In this document: piece by piece, positions 1 through 8,581 of the stretch
How the letters are laid out: every line of letters starts with the position of its first letter
Numbering within the stretch: position 1 is the stretch's first letter
From: Thermoleophilaceae bacterium
GTDB lineage: Bacteria; Actinomycetota; Thermoleophilia; Solirubrobacterales; Thermoleophilaceae
Direction of reading: 5' to 3'
DNA: 64,000 nt
NCBI GenBank assembly: GCA_040881635.1
Contig: JBBECV010000008.1
Location: forward strand, 596-64,595
Made by a program: the position numbers and the translations under genes
Notes under the pieces: generated by a model
What the model saw: the letters and a program-made list of their open reading frames with translations, nothing else
Told to the model about the DNA's origin: nothing
Database searches by the model: none

Positions 1-51
1 CGGAGGCTGTGCCTTGCGCCGAGAGCGGCGCCGTGATCTATTTCCCCGAGC

Positions 52-675
52 ATGCCATTCAGTCCGTACGACGCGGCCGCCGATGCACTGAAGCGTGCGG
101 ACGAGCTTCTCGACGCCTCCACGCGGAACGGCATACCGGAGCGGGTGGCCTCGGACATCCGCCGCTCGAGCCTCGTGCTTGCAGTCGCCGCGGTTGATAC
201 CTACATGCACCGCCTGATCGTGGATCGCGCTTCCATGTGGGACAAGCTGCCCAAGAAGCTCGCTGAGACCGGGGTGCGCTTCGATCAGCTGATCGCCGAG
301 GCGCAGGAGTCCTATGAGGCTGCCCGCCGCACGCCCTTCAACTCTCGGCCCGGTGTTCGCGTCAAGCAGATTCTACGTAACCAGCTCCTGCAGAGGACTT
401 TCCAGTCGTTGCGACAAATCGAGGAGGCGCTGACCATGGCTGGCGCCGCCGGGAATTGGAAGCCGATCAGCGAGCAGCTTGGCATGACAAGAGCGCAAGT
501 CGATGCACGTCTCGGACTCATCGTGATGCGACGCAACCAAATCGTCCATGAGGGTGACTACGCCAGGCTTGATCGTCCCAGAGACGCACGTCGGAACGAG
601 CTGTCCGAGTCGGACGCCCGAGCAAGCGTTCAGTTCCTCCGCGATCTTGCTGGCGCAATCCACGCAGTCGTGTGA
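52..675 (+). CDS. HEPN-superfamily protein (putative RNase), first gene of accessory operon
   Basis: 207-aa ORF with a C-terminal Rx4H motif, R161-NQIV-H166 (MRRNQIVHEGD, nt 532-549). This is the HEPN RNase signature seen in RiboL-PSP/Abi-like families. The next gene follows 55 nt downstream on the same strand. Confidence 0.6.
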   Translation: MPFSPYDAAADALKRADELLDASTRNGIPERVASDIRRSSLVLAVAAVDTYMHRLIVDRASMWDKLPKKLAETGVRFDQLIAEAQESYEAARRTPFNSRPGVRVKQILRNQLLQRTFQSLRQIEEALTMAGAAGNWKPISEQLGMTRAQVDARLGLIVMRRNQIVHEGDYARLDRPRDARRNELSESDARASVQFLRDLAGAIHAVV

Positions 676-729
676 CCGCGTCACCGTCCTACGCCTCACA
701 TTACCCCGGCGAGATAACGTCTCCCGCGC

Positions 730-2778
730 GTGCGATTCACAACACCTGCCCCTGACGGCAAACTCTTCCGACGCGTCCTAGCCCTCGCAAGAACCGCGCG
801 GGACACCGTCGGGTTCTTGCCCGACTCGGCCTTCAGAGATCGAGCCTTCGGAGGGACGCTTCTCGCCTGCGTGGCGGAAGACGATGGCCAAGAGCTTCTG
901 GGGTACGCGCTCTACGACCTTCCCCGGGACGAGATACGCCTCGGGCAGCTCGTAGTGGCTAGCCGCGCCCGGGACGGAGGGGTAGCACGCGCACTGGTAG
1001 ACGAGATCGAAGCGAGACACTCCCCTCGTCGAGGGATCTTCCTCTATTGCCGCAACGATTTCCCCGCTACCGAGATGTGGCCTCGAATTGGATTCGTAGC
1101 CCGTGACGAGCGTGCCGGCCGAAGCTTCGAGGGACACCCACTGACGCTCTGGTGGCGCGACTTCGGGCACGCAAACCTCTTCACATCTCAAGCCGAGGTG
1201 GATGCGCGTCCCGTGGCAGTGCTCGATGCGTGCGTCTTCTTCGATCTCGTCGGCAGCAACCCGAACCGGGCCTTGCAGGAGCTTAGGTCCGACTGGATTA
1301 CAGAGCATGCGCAGCTCGGAGTTACGGCCCATCTGTATGAGGAGATTCGCCGGGGCGCGGACTCGGTTCGGCGGAGACAGGAGCGAACAGCAGCTAGAGC
1401 CCTCGAGCTCCCGGGGATAGCAGGTTCCTCCTGGCGGGCCGTCCTCGCACAATTGAAGGCAATGCATCCAGGTGCTGCCGAGAAGGACAGGGACGACCTC
1501 ACGCATCTCGCATACGCGATCGCCCATCAGGCGACCTGGATGGTCACGTCGGATCGCTCATTCCGCGGTCGGTACGCCAACGCCGCCCTCGACATGGCAT
1601 CCGTCAAGCTCGTCTCCCCGGCAGAGGTGGTCCGAGAGATCGACGAGGTAGCACGTGGCGACGCATACAGCCCGAGAGACCTAGCCGGCACGGACATGAG
1701 CCGCCGAGAGGTGGATGCCGGCACTCTGGCTGGACTTGCCGAGCGATTCGTCAATCACCAGCGAGGCGAGAGGATTCGCGACCTGCGGTCGCGAATCGAT
1801 GCGGCCGCCGCGCAGGCCAGCCATGTCCGCCTCCAATTGGTGGAGGTTGACTCACAGCCGCGGGGCCTGCTCGGGTTCGAGCATAGCCGCGGGACCACAT
1901 TTGTGCGCTTCGTCCGGGTTTCTAGAGGCGTGGGAGACACCACAGTTGCTCGCCACTTGCTAGCGATGATCCGTAATGAGGCGGCGACGTCTGGTAGCTC
2001 ACGCATCGTGGTTCAAGACACGGCCGTTCCGACAGCCATCTCCCGAAGCTACGCCGACGAGGGATTCTTTGCCGAACGAGGACAGCCTGTTGAGGCATAC
2101 CCAATCACTGGCATCGGCACCCTCAACGATCTCGATCGCCGCCTCGCGACGATCGGCGCCCAAACAGCCACGGAGCGGCTGGGTGATCCCGCCACCGGAG
2201 CAAAGGTCGGTGCGGAGGCGGAGATCGCATATGCACCGTTTCGAATCCTTGGCATGGATTTTCCGACCTTTGTCGTACCGATCAAGCCCGCATGGGCGAC
2301 GGCACTCTTCGACTCACGACTCGCTGAGGAGCAGCTCTTCCATCGAGAGTGGACACTCGGTCTGAGGCGCGAGCTTGTGTACTACCGTAGCCCGCACGCC
2401 AGCGGAGGCATCCGGGCGCCCGCCCGGATTCTCTGGTACGTCTCTGGGGTCGACTCTCCCGGCGGCGCGGAGGTCCGAGCGGTATCCCAGCTTCGCGACG
2501 TCTTGGTTGCGCCGGCTGAGCACCTCTACAGGAGGTTCGAGCGTCTAGGTACCTATACCCTCGATCAAGTCGTCAGCCGGGCGGACTCGAAGGGGCGCGC
2601 AATGGCCCTACGCTTCTCCCATACCCATGAGTTTCGACGGCCTGTTCGGCTGGACGAGCTGCGAAGGATTCTTACCGGCGATCCGAAATCTCGAAGCGTG
2701 GTCCTCCAATCCCCTAGACTCATAGACGAACATACGTTCGCCACAATCATGGGTCTAGGGTTCCCAGATGACGTCTAG
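730..2778 (+). CDS. Multidomain GNAT - PIN - GNAT - ASCH/PUA-like fusion protein
   Basis: 682-aa ORF with a GTG start at 730 (start uncertain). Domains by eye: aa 15-145 GNAT (acetyl-CoA loop ASRARDGGVARALV). aa 160-285 PIN (VLDACVFFD ... DDLTHLAYAIAHQATWMVTSDRSF, VapC-like acidic residues). aa 365-455 second GNAT (VSRGVGDTTVARHLL). aa 510-680 beta-barrel-like module (FVVPIKPAWATALFD...) parallel to the downstream ASCH protein. Confidence 0.6.
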   Translation: MRFTTPAPDGKLFRRVLALARTARDTVGFLPDSAFRDRAFGGTLLACVAEDDGQELLGYALYDLPRDEIRLGQLVVASRARDGGVARALVDEIEARHSPRRGIFLYCRNDFPATEMWPRIGFVARDERAGRSFEGHPLTLWWRDFGHANLFTSQAEVDARPVAVLDACVFFDLVGSNPNRALQELRSDWITEHAQLGVTAHLYEEIRRGADSVRRRQERTAARALELPGIAGSSWRAVLAQLKAMHPGAAEKDRDDLTHLAYAIAHQATWMVTSDRSFRGRYANAALDMASVKLVSPAEVVREIDEVARGDAYSPRDLAGTDMSRREVDAGTLAGLAERFVNHQRGERIRDLRSRIDAAAAQASHVRLQLVEVDSQPRGLLGFEHSRGTTFVRFVRVSRGVGDTTVARHLLAMIRNEAATSGSSRIVVQDTAVPTAISRSYADEGFFAERGQPVEAYPITGIGTLNDLDRRLATIGAQTATERLGDPATGAKVGAEAEIAYAPFRILGMDFPTFVVPIKPAWATALFDSRLAEEQLFHREWTLGLRRELVYYRSPHASGGIRAPARILWYVSGVDSPGGAEVRAVSQLRDVLVAPAEHLYRRFERLGTYTLDQVVSRADSKGRAMALRFSHTHEFRRPVRLDELRRILTGDPKSRSVVLQSPRLIDEHTFATIMGLGFPDDV

Positions 2779-3229
2779 GGCAAGCGCGACGGTGCTACTG
2801 AGCGTGAAGCCACGCTTCGCGACGCTGCTTCTCGACGGCACGAAGACAGTGGAGATCCGGCGAGGTCGCGTCCGCCTTGAGGACGGCGCGACGTGCTTGC
2901 TGTACTCGAGTTCGCCCGAACGGGCGCTAGTCGGGACCGTCGAGGTCGGGACGACCGAGACCGGGCATCCTTCGGATATATGGGACCGCTGGGGAAGCCG
3001 TACAGGCCTGAGACGCGATGAGTTTGATGACTATCTACGCGACTGCGCCATGGCGACGGCCATCGTGATCCGTGAGGTCCAGCAACTCGAATCCCCGATT
3101 CCGCTCGACGTACTTCGAAACCGTCGAGAGGGGTTCGTGACCCCACAGAGCTATCGCTTCGTGGCAGACGAGGAGCGTCGTCTGCTGCTTGCCCAAGCCG
3201 GCGATAGCCACCCGTCGTATTCACTGTGA
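2768..3229 (+). CDS. ASCH domain protein
   Basis: 153 aa. The N-terminus VLLSVKPRFATLLLDGTKTVEIRRG matches the ASCH hallmark (IKP.yA..I..G.KtvE.RR). The ATG overlaps the end of the upstream gene by 11 nt, which suggests translational coupling. Confidence 0.7.
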   Translation: MTSRASATVLLSVKPRFATLLLDGTKTVEIRRGRVRLEDGATCLLYSSSPERALVGTVEVGTTETGHPSDIWDRWGSRTGLRRDEFDDYLRDCAMATAIVIREVQQLESPIPLDVLRNRREGFVTPQSYRFVADEERRLLLAQAGDSHPSYSL

Positions 3230-3273
3230 CCTAAGGCAGATTCAGCTCCACCCTTGTCGGCCTCGGAACCGCT

Positions 3274-3465
3274 CTAGCGCGGGTTCGCGGGCGGCGGGAT
3301 AGATAGCTGCCGGCAGACCTCGCGGCTGAGCCCTGGGCCGATTTCCTTGTGGCGCGGCACAGCCGACACCGCGCCGCTAGGGCCTCGCCATTTCGCGTGT
3401 TTCGATCCGCCTACCTCGCGGCAGCCATGAGTGCGCAGGTGGCGCTCGAGGTCGCGGCGCTTCAC
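3274..3465 (-). CDS. hicA: HicA-family mRNA interferase toxin
   Basis: 63 aa. MKRRDLERHLRTHGCREVGGSKHAKW...VPRHKEIGPGL fits the HicA/YcfA pattern. It has a 4-nt ATGA overlap with the upstream hicB. Confidence 0.85.
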   Translation of the reverse strand: MKRRDLERHLRTHGCREVGGSKHAKWRGPSGAVSAVPRHKEIGPGLSREVCRQLSIPPPANPR

Positions 3466-3692
3466 GCTGCGGCGGTGAAGCGCAGGTGCTCGCGGTCGGC
3501 CTTCGGCGCCTCGCCGGCGAGCTCCTCGTCCGGCGTCAGGACGGTGCTGAGAGCGTCCAGGACGTTCTCGCGCGCTTCTTCCCGAGTGCGGCCCTGGCTC
3601 ATCGCCCCCGGAACCTCAAGGACCCGAGCGACGATCCATCCCGCCTCGTCGGGCGGATCGAAGGCGATGGTGAAGTCGACTGAGGCAGCCAT
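3462..3692 (-). CDS. hicB: HicB-family antitoxin
   Basis: An internal ATG at 3692 within the 3462-4202 ORF gives a 76-aa product. FDPPDEAGWIVARVLEVPGAMSQGRTREEARENVLDAL is the HicB/UPF0150 signature. The upstream part of the long ORF is Arg-rich shadow. Confidence 0.8.
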   Translation of the reverse strand: MAASVDFTIAFDPPDEAGWIVARVLEVPGAMSQGRTREEARENVLDALSTVLTPDEELAGEAPKADREHLRFTAAA

Positions 3693-4040
3693 GAGGCGAA
3701 CGGTACCGGGTGCGAGCGGGGGCGTCCAGAAGGCAGCTGCAAGGCGGCTGGGGTCGTGCTCGCAACCTTGGTGCAAGTGTGTGGTCCGCTGGGCGGCAGC
3801 GAGGCGAGCAGCCATCGCGGGGCGAAGAGGGCGGGGCCCGGAGCGTCGCCGGGTCCAGGCGCGTTGACCGCACGAATCTGGGGGATCTGCGTCTACGGAG
3901 GAGATGGAGTCGTTCGAGCTGAGAGCAGGCAGTCGCAAGGTGATCGCAGGGGCGGGCGACTCGTCGGGCGCCGTCCCGAGTTTCCCTCCGCGTGGCGCGC
4001 GCCGGATCGGCGCCCGGCGAGCAAGCGTCGAGGTGCGGTC

Positions 4041-4268
4041 ATGACCGAGGACGACGATCCGGCCGACCCGGACGTCGAGCATCCGTTGTCGGAGCCGTTG
4101 CTTGATCCGGCGGGGGCTGCGGCGTTGTTGTCGGTGCGGCGGAGTTGGGTGTATGAGGCGGTGCGTGACGGCCGACTTCCGCATGTGAAGGTCGGCCGCC
4201 ACGTCCGGTTTCTGCGTGAGGATCTGGAGCGCTGGGTGTTCGCCCAGCGGAAGGGCCGGCTGTTCTAG
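4041..4268 (+). CDS. xis: Excisionase-family helix-turn-helix DNA-binding protein
   Basis: 75 aa from the ATG at 4041. LLSVRRSWVYEAVRDGRLPHVKVGRHVRFLREDLERWV is the excisionase/MerR-like HTH pattern, and the gene sits next to the integrase. Confidence 0.75.
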   Translation: MTEDDDPADPDVEHPLSEPLLDPAGAAALLSVRRSWVYEAVRDGRLPHVKVGRHVRFLREDLERWVFAQRKGRLF

Positions 4269-4597
4269 GCCATGGCCAGCTCGCTCGCCCTCGCCGCCGC
4301 GCGAGAGGCGAAGACGAAGCTGTCGATGCGGTGGACCAGGCCGGCGGCGGTGAGGCGGTTGAGGCCGTCGGTCGCGGCTATGGGGTCGCGCATCTCTCTG
4401 GCGATCTCCTCGACGGCCCAGATGCGATCCGCCAGCTGCGCACCAAACGCGGCATCAGCCAGGAGGACTTGGCCCCACGCTGCGGGAGTCACAACCGGCA
4501 CCCTGTCGGTGATCGAGCGTGGCAAGTCGAATCCGGCCTGGGGCACGGTCAAGGGGATCGCCAAGGCGCTCGACGTTCCCGTCGCCGACCTCGCCAA
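4265..4597 (-). CDS. Hypothetical small protein with winged-helix-like C-terminus (only the last ~60 codons look protein-like)
   Basis: The C-terminus ...IWAVEEIAREMRDPIAATDGLNRLTAAGLVHRIDSFVFASRAAA resembles a wHTH recognition region. The N-terminal half is antisense to the XRE remnant, so the real start is unclear. Confidence 0.25.
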   Translation of the reverse strand: MARSATGTSSALAIPLTVPQAGFDLPRSITDRVPVVTPAAWGQVLLADAAFGAQLADRIWAVEEIAREMRDPIAATDGLNRLTAAGLVHRIDSFVFASRAAARASELAMA

Positions 4598-4622
4598 GCT
4601 CGAGGCCAGCCTCGACCGCTGA
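4403..4622 (+). pseudogene. XRE-family HTH regulator, frameshifted
   Basis: The HTH signature is split across two frames. IRQLRTKRGISQEDLA lies in the frame of ORF 4331. AAGVTTGTLSVIERGKSNPAWGTVKGIAKALDVPVADL lies in the frame of ORF 4272. The frames rejoin if one C is removed from the CCCC run at about 4473-4476. Confidence 0.6.
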
Positions 4623-4642
4623 GCCAGCGACCCGACCGCGCG

Positions 4643-5773
4643 CTACGCCTCGAACGCTTGGGCGACCAGGGCGGCGTCGTCCTTGCGCGGCGCGTAGTGC
4701 AGGTAGCGCATCGTGGTCTTGATGTCGGCGTGGCCCATCCACTCCTGCACGCGGCGGATGTCGGCCACGCCGATCACACGCGTGCCGAAGGTGTGGCGCA
4801 GGTCGTGGAAGCGCAGACGCCGCAGACCGGCGCGATCGAGCGCGTCCTGGTAGCGGCGCCGCAGCGCCCTGCCGTCGAGGAAGCCGCCTGAGCGGCCGGG
4901 GAAAACGAGATCGTCGTCGCCCGTCCAACGTCCCCTGTCGCGCAGCCTCGTGAGCGCTGAGGCCACGTCAGGGGACAGCGGGACAGAACGGACCTTGCCC
5001 GACTTCGGCGTCGTCAGACCGCTCTCTGAGTACGAGGCCCGCACGCGGACCGTGTCGGCGTCGAAATCGACGTCGCGCCAGCGCAGCGCGATCAGCTCGC
5101 CGCGACGCAGACCGGTGTAGGCGGCGGTCAGGTAGATCGCGGCGTCCTGCTCGGAGGCCGCCGCGTCGACCAGCGCCGCGATCTCGTCCGGCGAGAACAC
5201 CTGGATGTCGCCGCTCGGCGTCGGCGCCGGCGGCTTCTCCACGTCGGCCACTGGATTGAACGGCAGGCCGTAGACCTTCCGCGCCCGCCTCATGATCCCG
5301 TTGAGCGCGACGAACGCCTTGGTCCGCGTGGCGGGCGCGCCGTCGAGGCCGGCGAGCCACGACTCGACCATCGGCGCCGTGATCGACTCGACGGCCATGT
5401 CGCCGAAGACCGTCAGCATCCGCGCCTTGATCAGCGCGCGGTAGACGGCGACCGTCGCGGGCTTGCGGCCGCGGTCGTGCTCCTGGTAGCGCAGCCACTC
5501 GTCGGCCGCCGCGGCGAACGTGATCCCGGTCCTCACGACACCCGGGTGCTGGCCGCGCTTGATCTCCTGCAGGAGCCCGTCGAGCGCGTCCTGCGCGGTC
5601 GTCTTCGTGAAGTAGCCCTCGGCGGGGCGGCCGCGTCGCGTCCACGCCGGCCCGAGCTTCTTCTGCACCTGGCGACCGTCCGGGAGCCGGTACTTCATGT
5701 ACCAGACCGGGCCGCGCTGGCGCTCGACTCTGAAGACGTGGCCGCTGACCGGCCGAGCGAGTTGGGTGCGCAC
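4643..5773 (-). CDS. int: Tyrosine-type site-specific integrase
   Basis: 376 aa. The catalytic region is HDLRHTFGT...WMGHADIKTTMRYLHY. GTG start preceded by a GGGAGG RBS. Adjacent to the tRNA 3-prime end. Confidence 0.95.
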   Translation of the reverse strand: MRTQLARPVSGHVFRVERQRGPVWYMKYRLPDGRQVQKKLGPAWTRRGRPAEGYFTKTTAQDALDGLLQEIKRGQHPGVVRTGITFAAAADEWLRYQEHDRGRKPATVAVYRALIKARMLTVFGDMAVESITAPMVESWLAGLDGAPATRTKAFVALNGIMRRARKVYGLPFNPVADVEKPPAPTPSGDIQVFSPDEIAALVDAAASEQDAAIYLTAAYTGLRRGELIALRWRDVDFDADTVRVRASYSESGLTTPKSGKVRSVPLSPDVASALTRLRDRGRWTGDDDLVFPGRSGGFLDGRALRRRYQDALDRAGLRRLRFHDLRHTFGTRVIGVADIRRVQEWMGHADIKTTMRYLHYAPRKDDAALVAQAFEA

Positions 5774-5903
5774 CGGAGCCTCCCGAGCTACTTGGCTTTC
5801 CAGAGCCGAAAGCTAGCAGCGCTTCGGGACATATTCGGGACACGCTTCTGCGGCCCGCTCCCCCGCCCTCCGCGAAAACCACCCATTTGCAGGCGATTTC
5901 TGA

Positions 5904-5976
<73 letters not shown>

Positions 5977-6039
5977 GCGTTGGGTGGAGCGTAGCGCGAG
6001 ATTGGCTGGGCCGGGAGGACAGCGGGGCGCCGGGTGCCG

Positions 6040-6519
6040 TCAGGTCGAAGGAGGCTGCTCGCCGTCGTAGTAGTCGACGGCGTCGTCGAGGCGGAACCAC
6101 TTGCGAACGCCGCCGCCCGTGGGCAGGCGCTCGGCGGCGCCGAGCTTGTTGGAGTCGGGGTAGACGACGAGGTCGGGGTCGCCGTTGGTGCTGATCGCCA
6201 GGAAGCGGACGGCCGTGTCGCCGCGATTGACGAGCTGGTGGGCGCCGTCCTCGCCGCGGCGGAACGAGACGACGTCGCCCTCGTCCAGATCGCGCCAGCC
6301 GTCGGGCGTGCGCAGCGCTGGGCTCCCCTTCAGCACCACCAGCAGCTCCTCCTCGCCGAGGTGGAAGTGGTACGGGTAGGCCGCTTGACCGGGTGGGAGC
6401 TCCCAGAGGCTGGCGCCGAGCCGCTCGGTCTTCAGCTGGTAGCCGATGCGCGCGCGTTGCGCCCGGAATCCGTCCTGCTCGCGCGCCTCGTCGAACTGGG
6501 GATCGTTGAGGTTCGGCAT
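6040..6519 (-). CDS. Cupin domain protein
   Basis: 159 aa. LPPGQAAYPYHFHLGEEELLVVLKG...GDVVSFRRGEDGAHQLVN is a typical two-motif cupin signature. Confidence 0.8.
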   Translation of the reverse strand: MPNLNDPQFDEAREQDGFRAQRARIGYQLKTERLGASLWELPPGQAAYPYHFHLGEEELLVVLKGSPALRTPDGWRDLDEGDVVSFRRGEDGAHQLVNRGDTAVRFLAISTNGDPDLVVYPDSNKLGAAERLPTGGGVRKWFRLDDAVDYYDGEQPPST

Positions 6520-6533
6520 AGCGCGTCCGAGCC

Positions 6534-7076
6534 CTATGGGGGAGGAGGGATTCGAACCCGCTCAGGCGTAGCCACCGAATTTACAGTCCGGCCCGGCTCT
6601 CCAACTCCGGCGCTCCCCCGTGGAGCGGATGCCGATTCTAGAGGCTCAGATGAGCGACGCGGAGTCTGCGGGATCGGCCGGCCGCGCTCGACCTCGAAGC
6701 TCGCGTACTTCGGCCCGCCGAGGCGGAGCCCGGTTGCGCCATCAACTCGGTCGGCCGGAATGCACCAGCGCCGCCCATCGCCGACGTGGACGAAGAGGTA
6801 GTCGCAGCGAGTCGGGGAGAACCGCTTCGAGATCCCGTTCCAGCTCTGGTTGCCCCCACGCGTACAGATGGAGACCGCCCACCGATGCTTCTCAACGCAC
6901 CTCGTCGTCTTGACCTGAACGCGGAAGATGCGGTCGCCGAGCTCTACGGCCAAGTCCCAGTCCGGGCTATGGCCCAAGGGAAGCGCCACCTTGCCCCCCA
7001 TCGAGGCGAACAACTCGAGAGCCGACAGCTCGCCGAAATCCCCTTGCTCTTGCCTCGTCATGGGACGAACATACAT
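6534..7076 (-). CDS. PD-(D/E)XK endonuclease-like protein; ORF runs through tRNA-Tyr
   Basis: QGDFGELSALELFASMGGKVALPLGHSPDWDLAVELGDRIFRVQVKTT...CDYLFVHVGDGRRWCIP fits the group-I-intron-associated PD-(D/E)XK family layout. The recognisable domain ends near aa 132. The last ~45 codons are simply the tRNA translated. Confidence 0.55.
   Translation of the reverse strand: MYVRPMTRQEQGDFGELSALELFASMGGKVALPLGHSPDWDLAVELGDRIFRVQVKTTRCVEKHRWAVSICTRGGNQSWNGISKRFSPTRCDYLFVHVGDGRRWCIPADRVDGATGLRLGGPKYASFEVERGRPIPQTPRRSSEPLESASAPRGSAGVGEPGRTVNSVATPERVRIPPPP
6537..6619 (-). tRNA. tRNA-Tyr (anticodon GTA), long variable arm
   Basis: Minus-strand read. Acceptor GGGGGAG/CTCCCCC, anticodon loop C-T-GTA-A-A, long variable arm, T-loop TTCGAAT. 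There is one C-U mismatch in the T-stem. Confidence 0.85.
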
Positions 7077-7159
7077 TCGCCATCGGACAGAACATATGCA
7101 GGCGGCGAGGGCAGGACGGGCGCGCGCGGGCGCCCGTCCCGATGGTCCCTACCGGAGCG

Positions 7160-8311
<1,152 letters not shown>

Positions 8312-8581
8312 CCCCTACTCCTCAAGAACGCAGTTGCAGTGCTTCCGACACCCGCCCCCATACGAGGCTGCCGGTCTTCGTCACGGCTGTATGTGCGTCT
8401 GGTACGGCGTGCGCGGCGCTCGCCGCGAGGGACTGAGCCATTTATGAGGAGCCTTCGAGGAGGTCCAGGCTTCGAGCCGCTCGCCACGATAGCAACATCG
8501 TGCGGAAGGGCACTTCGTTCGCCCCGCGATGCTCGGAGCGGCCGCGGAGTAGGCGGGCCCGAGCGGTATCGTGGACGGCCG

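Larger units (their letters stand above)
1..5903. mobile_element. Integrative genomic island anchored at tRNA-Thr(GGT); right end in window, left end not seen
   Basis: The tyrosine integrase (4643-5773) lies directly beside the 3-prime end of tRNA-Thr (5904). It is followed by a Xis-type HTH, an XRE remnant, hicBA and an accessory operon. By eye the region is less GC-rich than the flanking housekeeping genes. No clear repeat of the tRNA 3-prime end occurs inside the window, so the far boundary is probably upstream of position 1. Confidence 0.6.

Noticed and set aside
3256-3271. Degenerate resemblance to the tRNA-Thr T-arm (GTCGGCCTCGGAACCG) as an internal att site
   Set aside because: About 15 of 19 positions match, with two gaps. 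That is compatible with chance in GC-rich DNA. It is mentioned only as a weak hint.
3693-4040. N-terminal 95 codons of ORF 3756-4268 and other ORFs in the hicB-xis divergent region
   Set aside because: They have Arg/Gly-rich shadow composition. The excisionase-like domain begins at the internal ATG at 4041, so the region is more likely a promoter/regulatory spacer.
8312-8581. THF or other riboswitch ahead of folE2 (GGAGTAGG about 40 nt upstream of the start)
   Set aside because: This is only a short motif match. There is not enough downstream sequence before the start codon for the full aptamer, and no supporting pairing.
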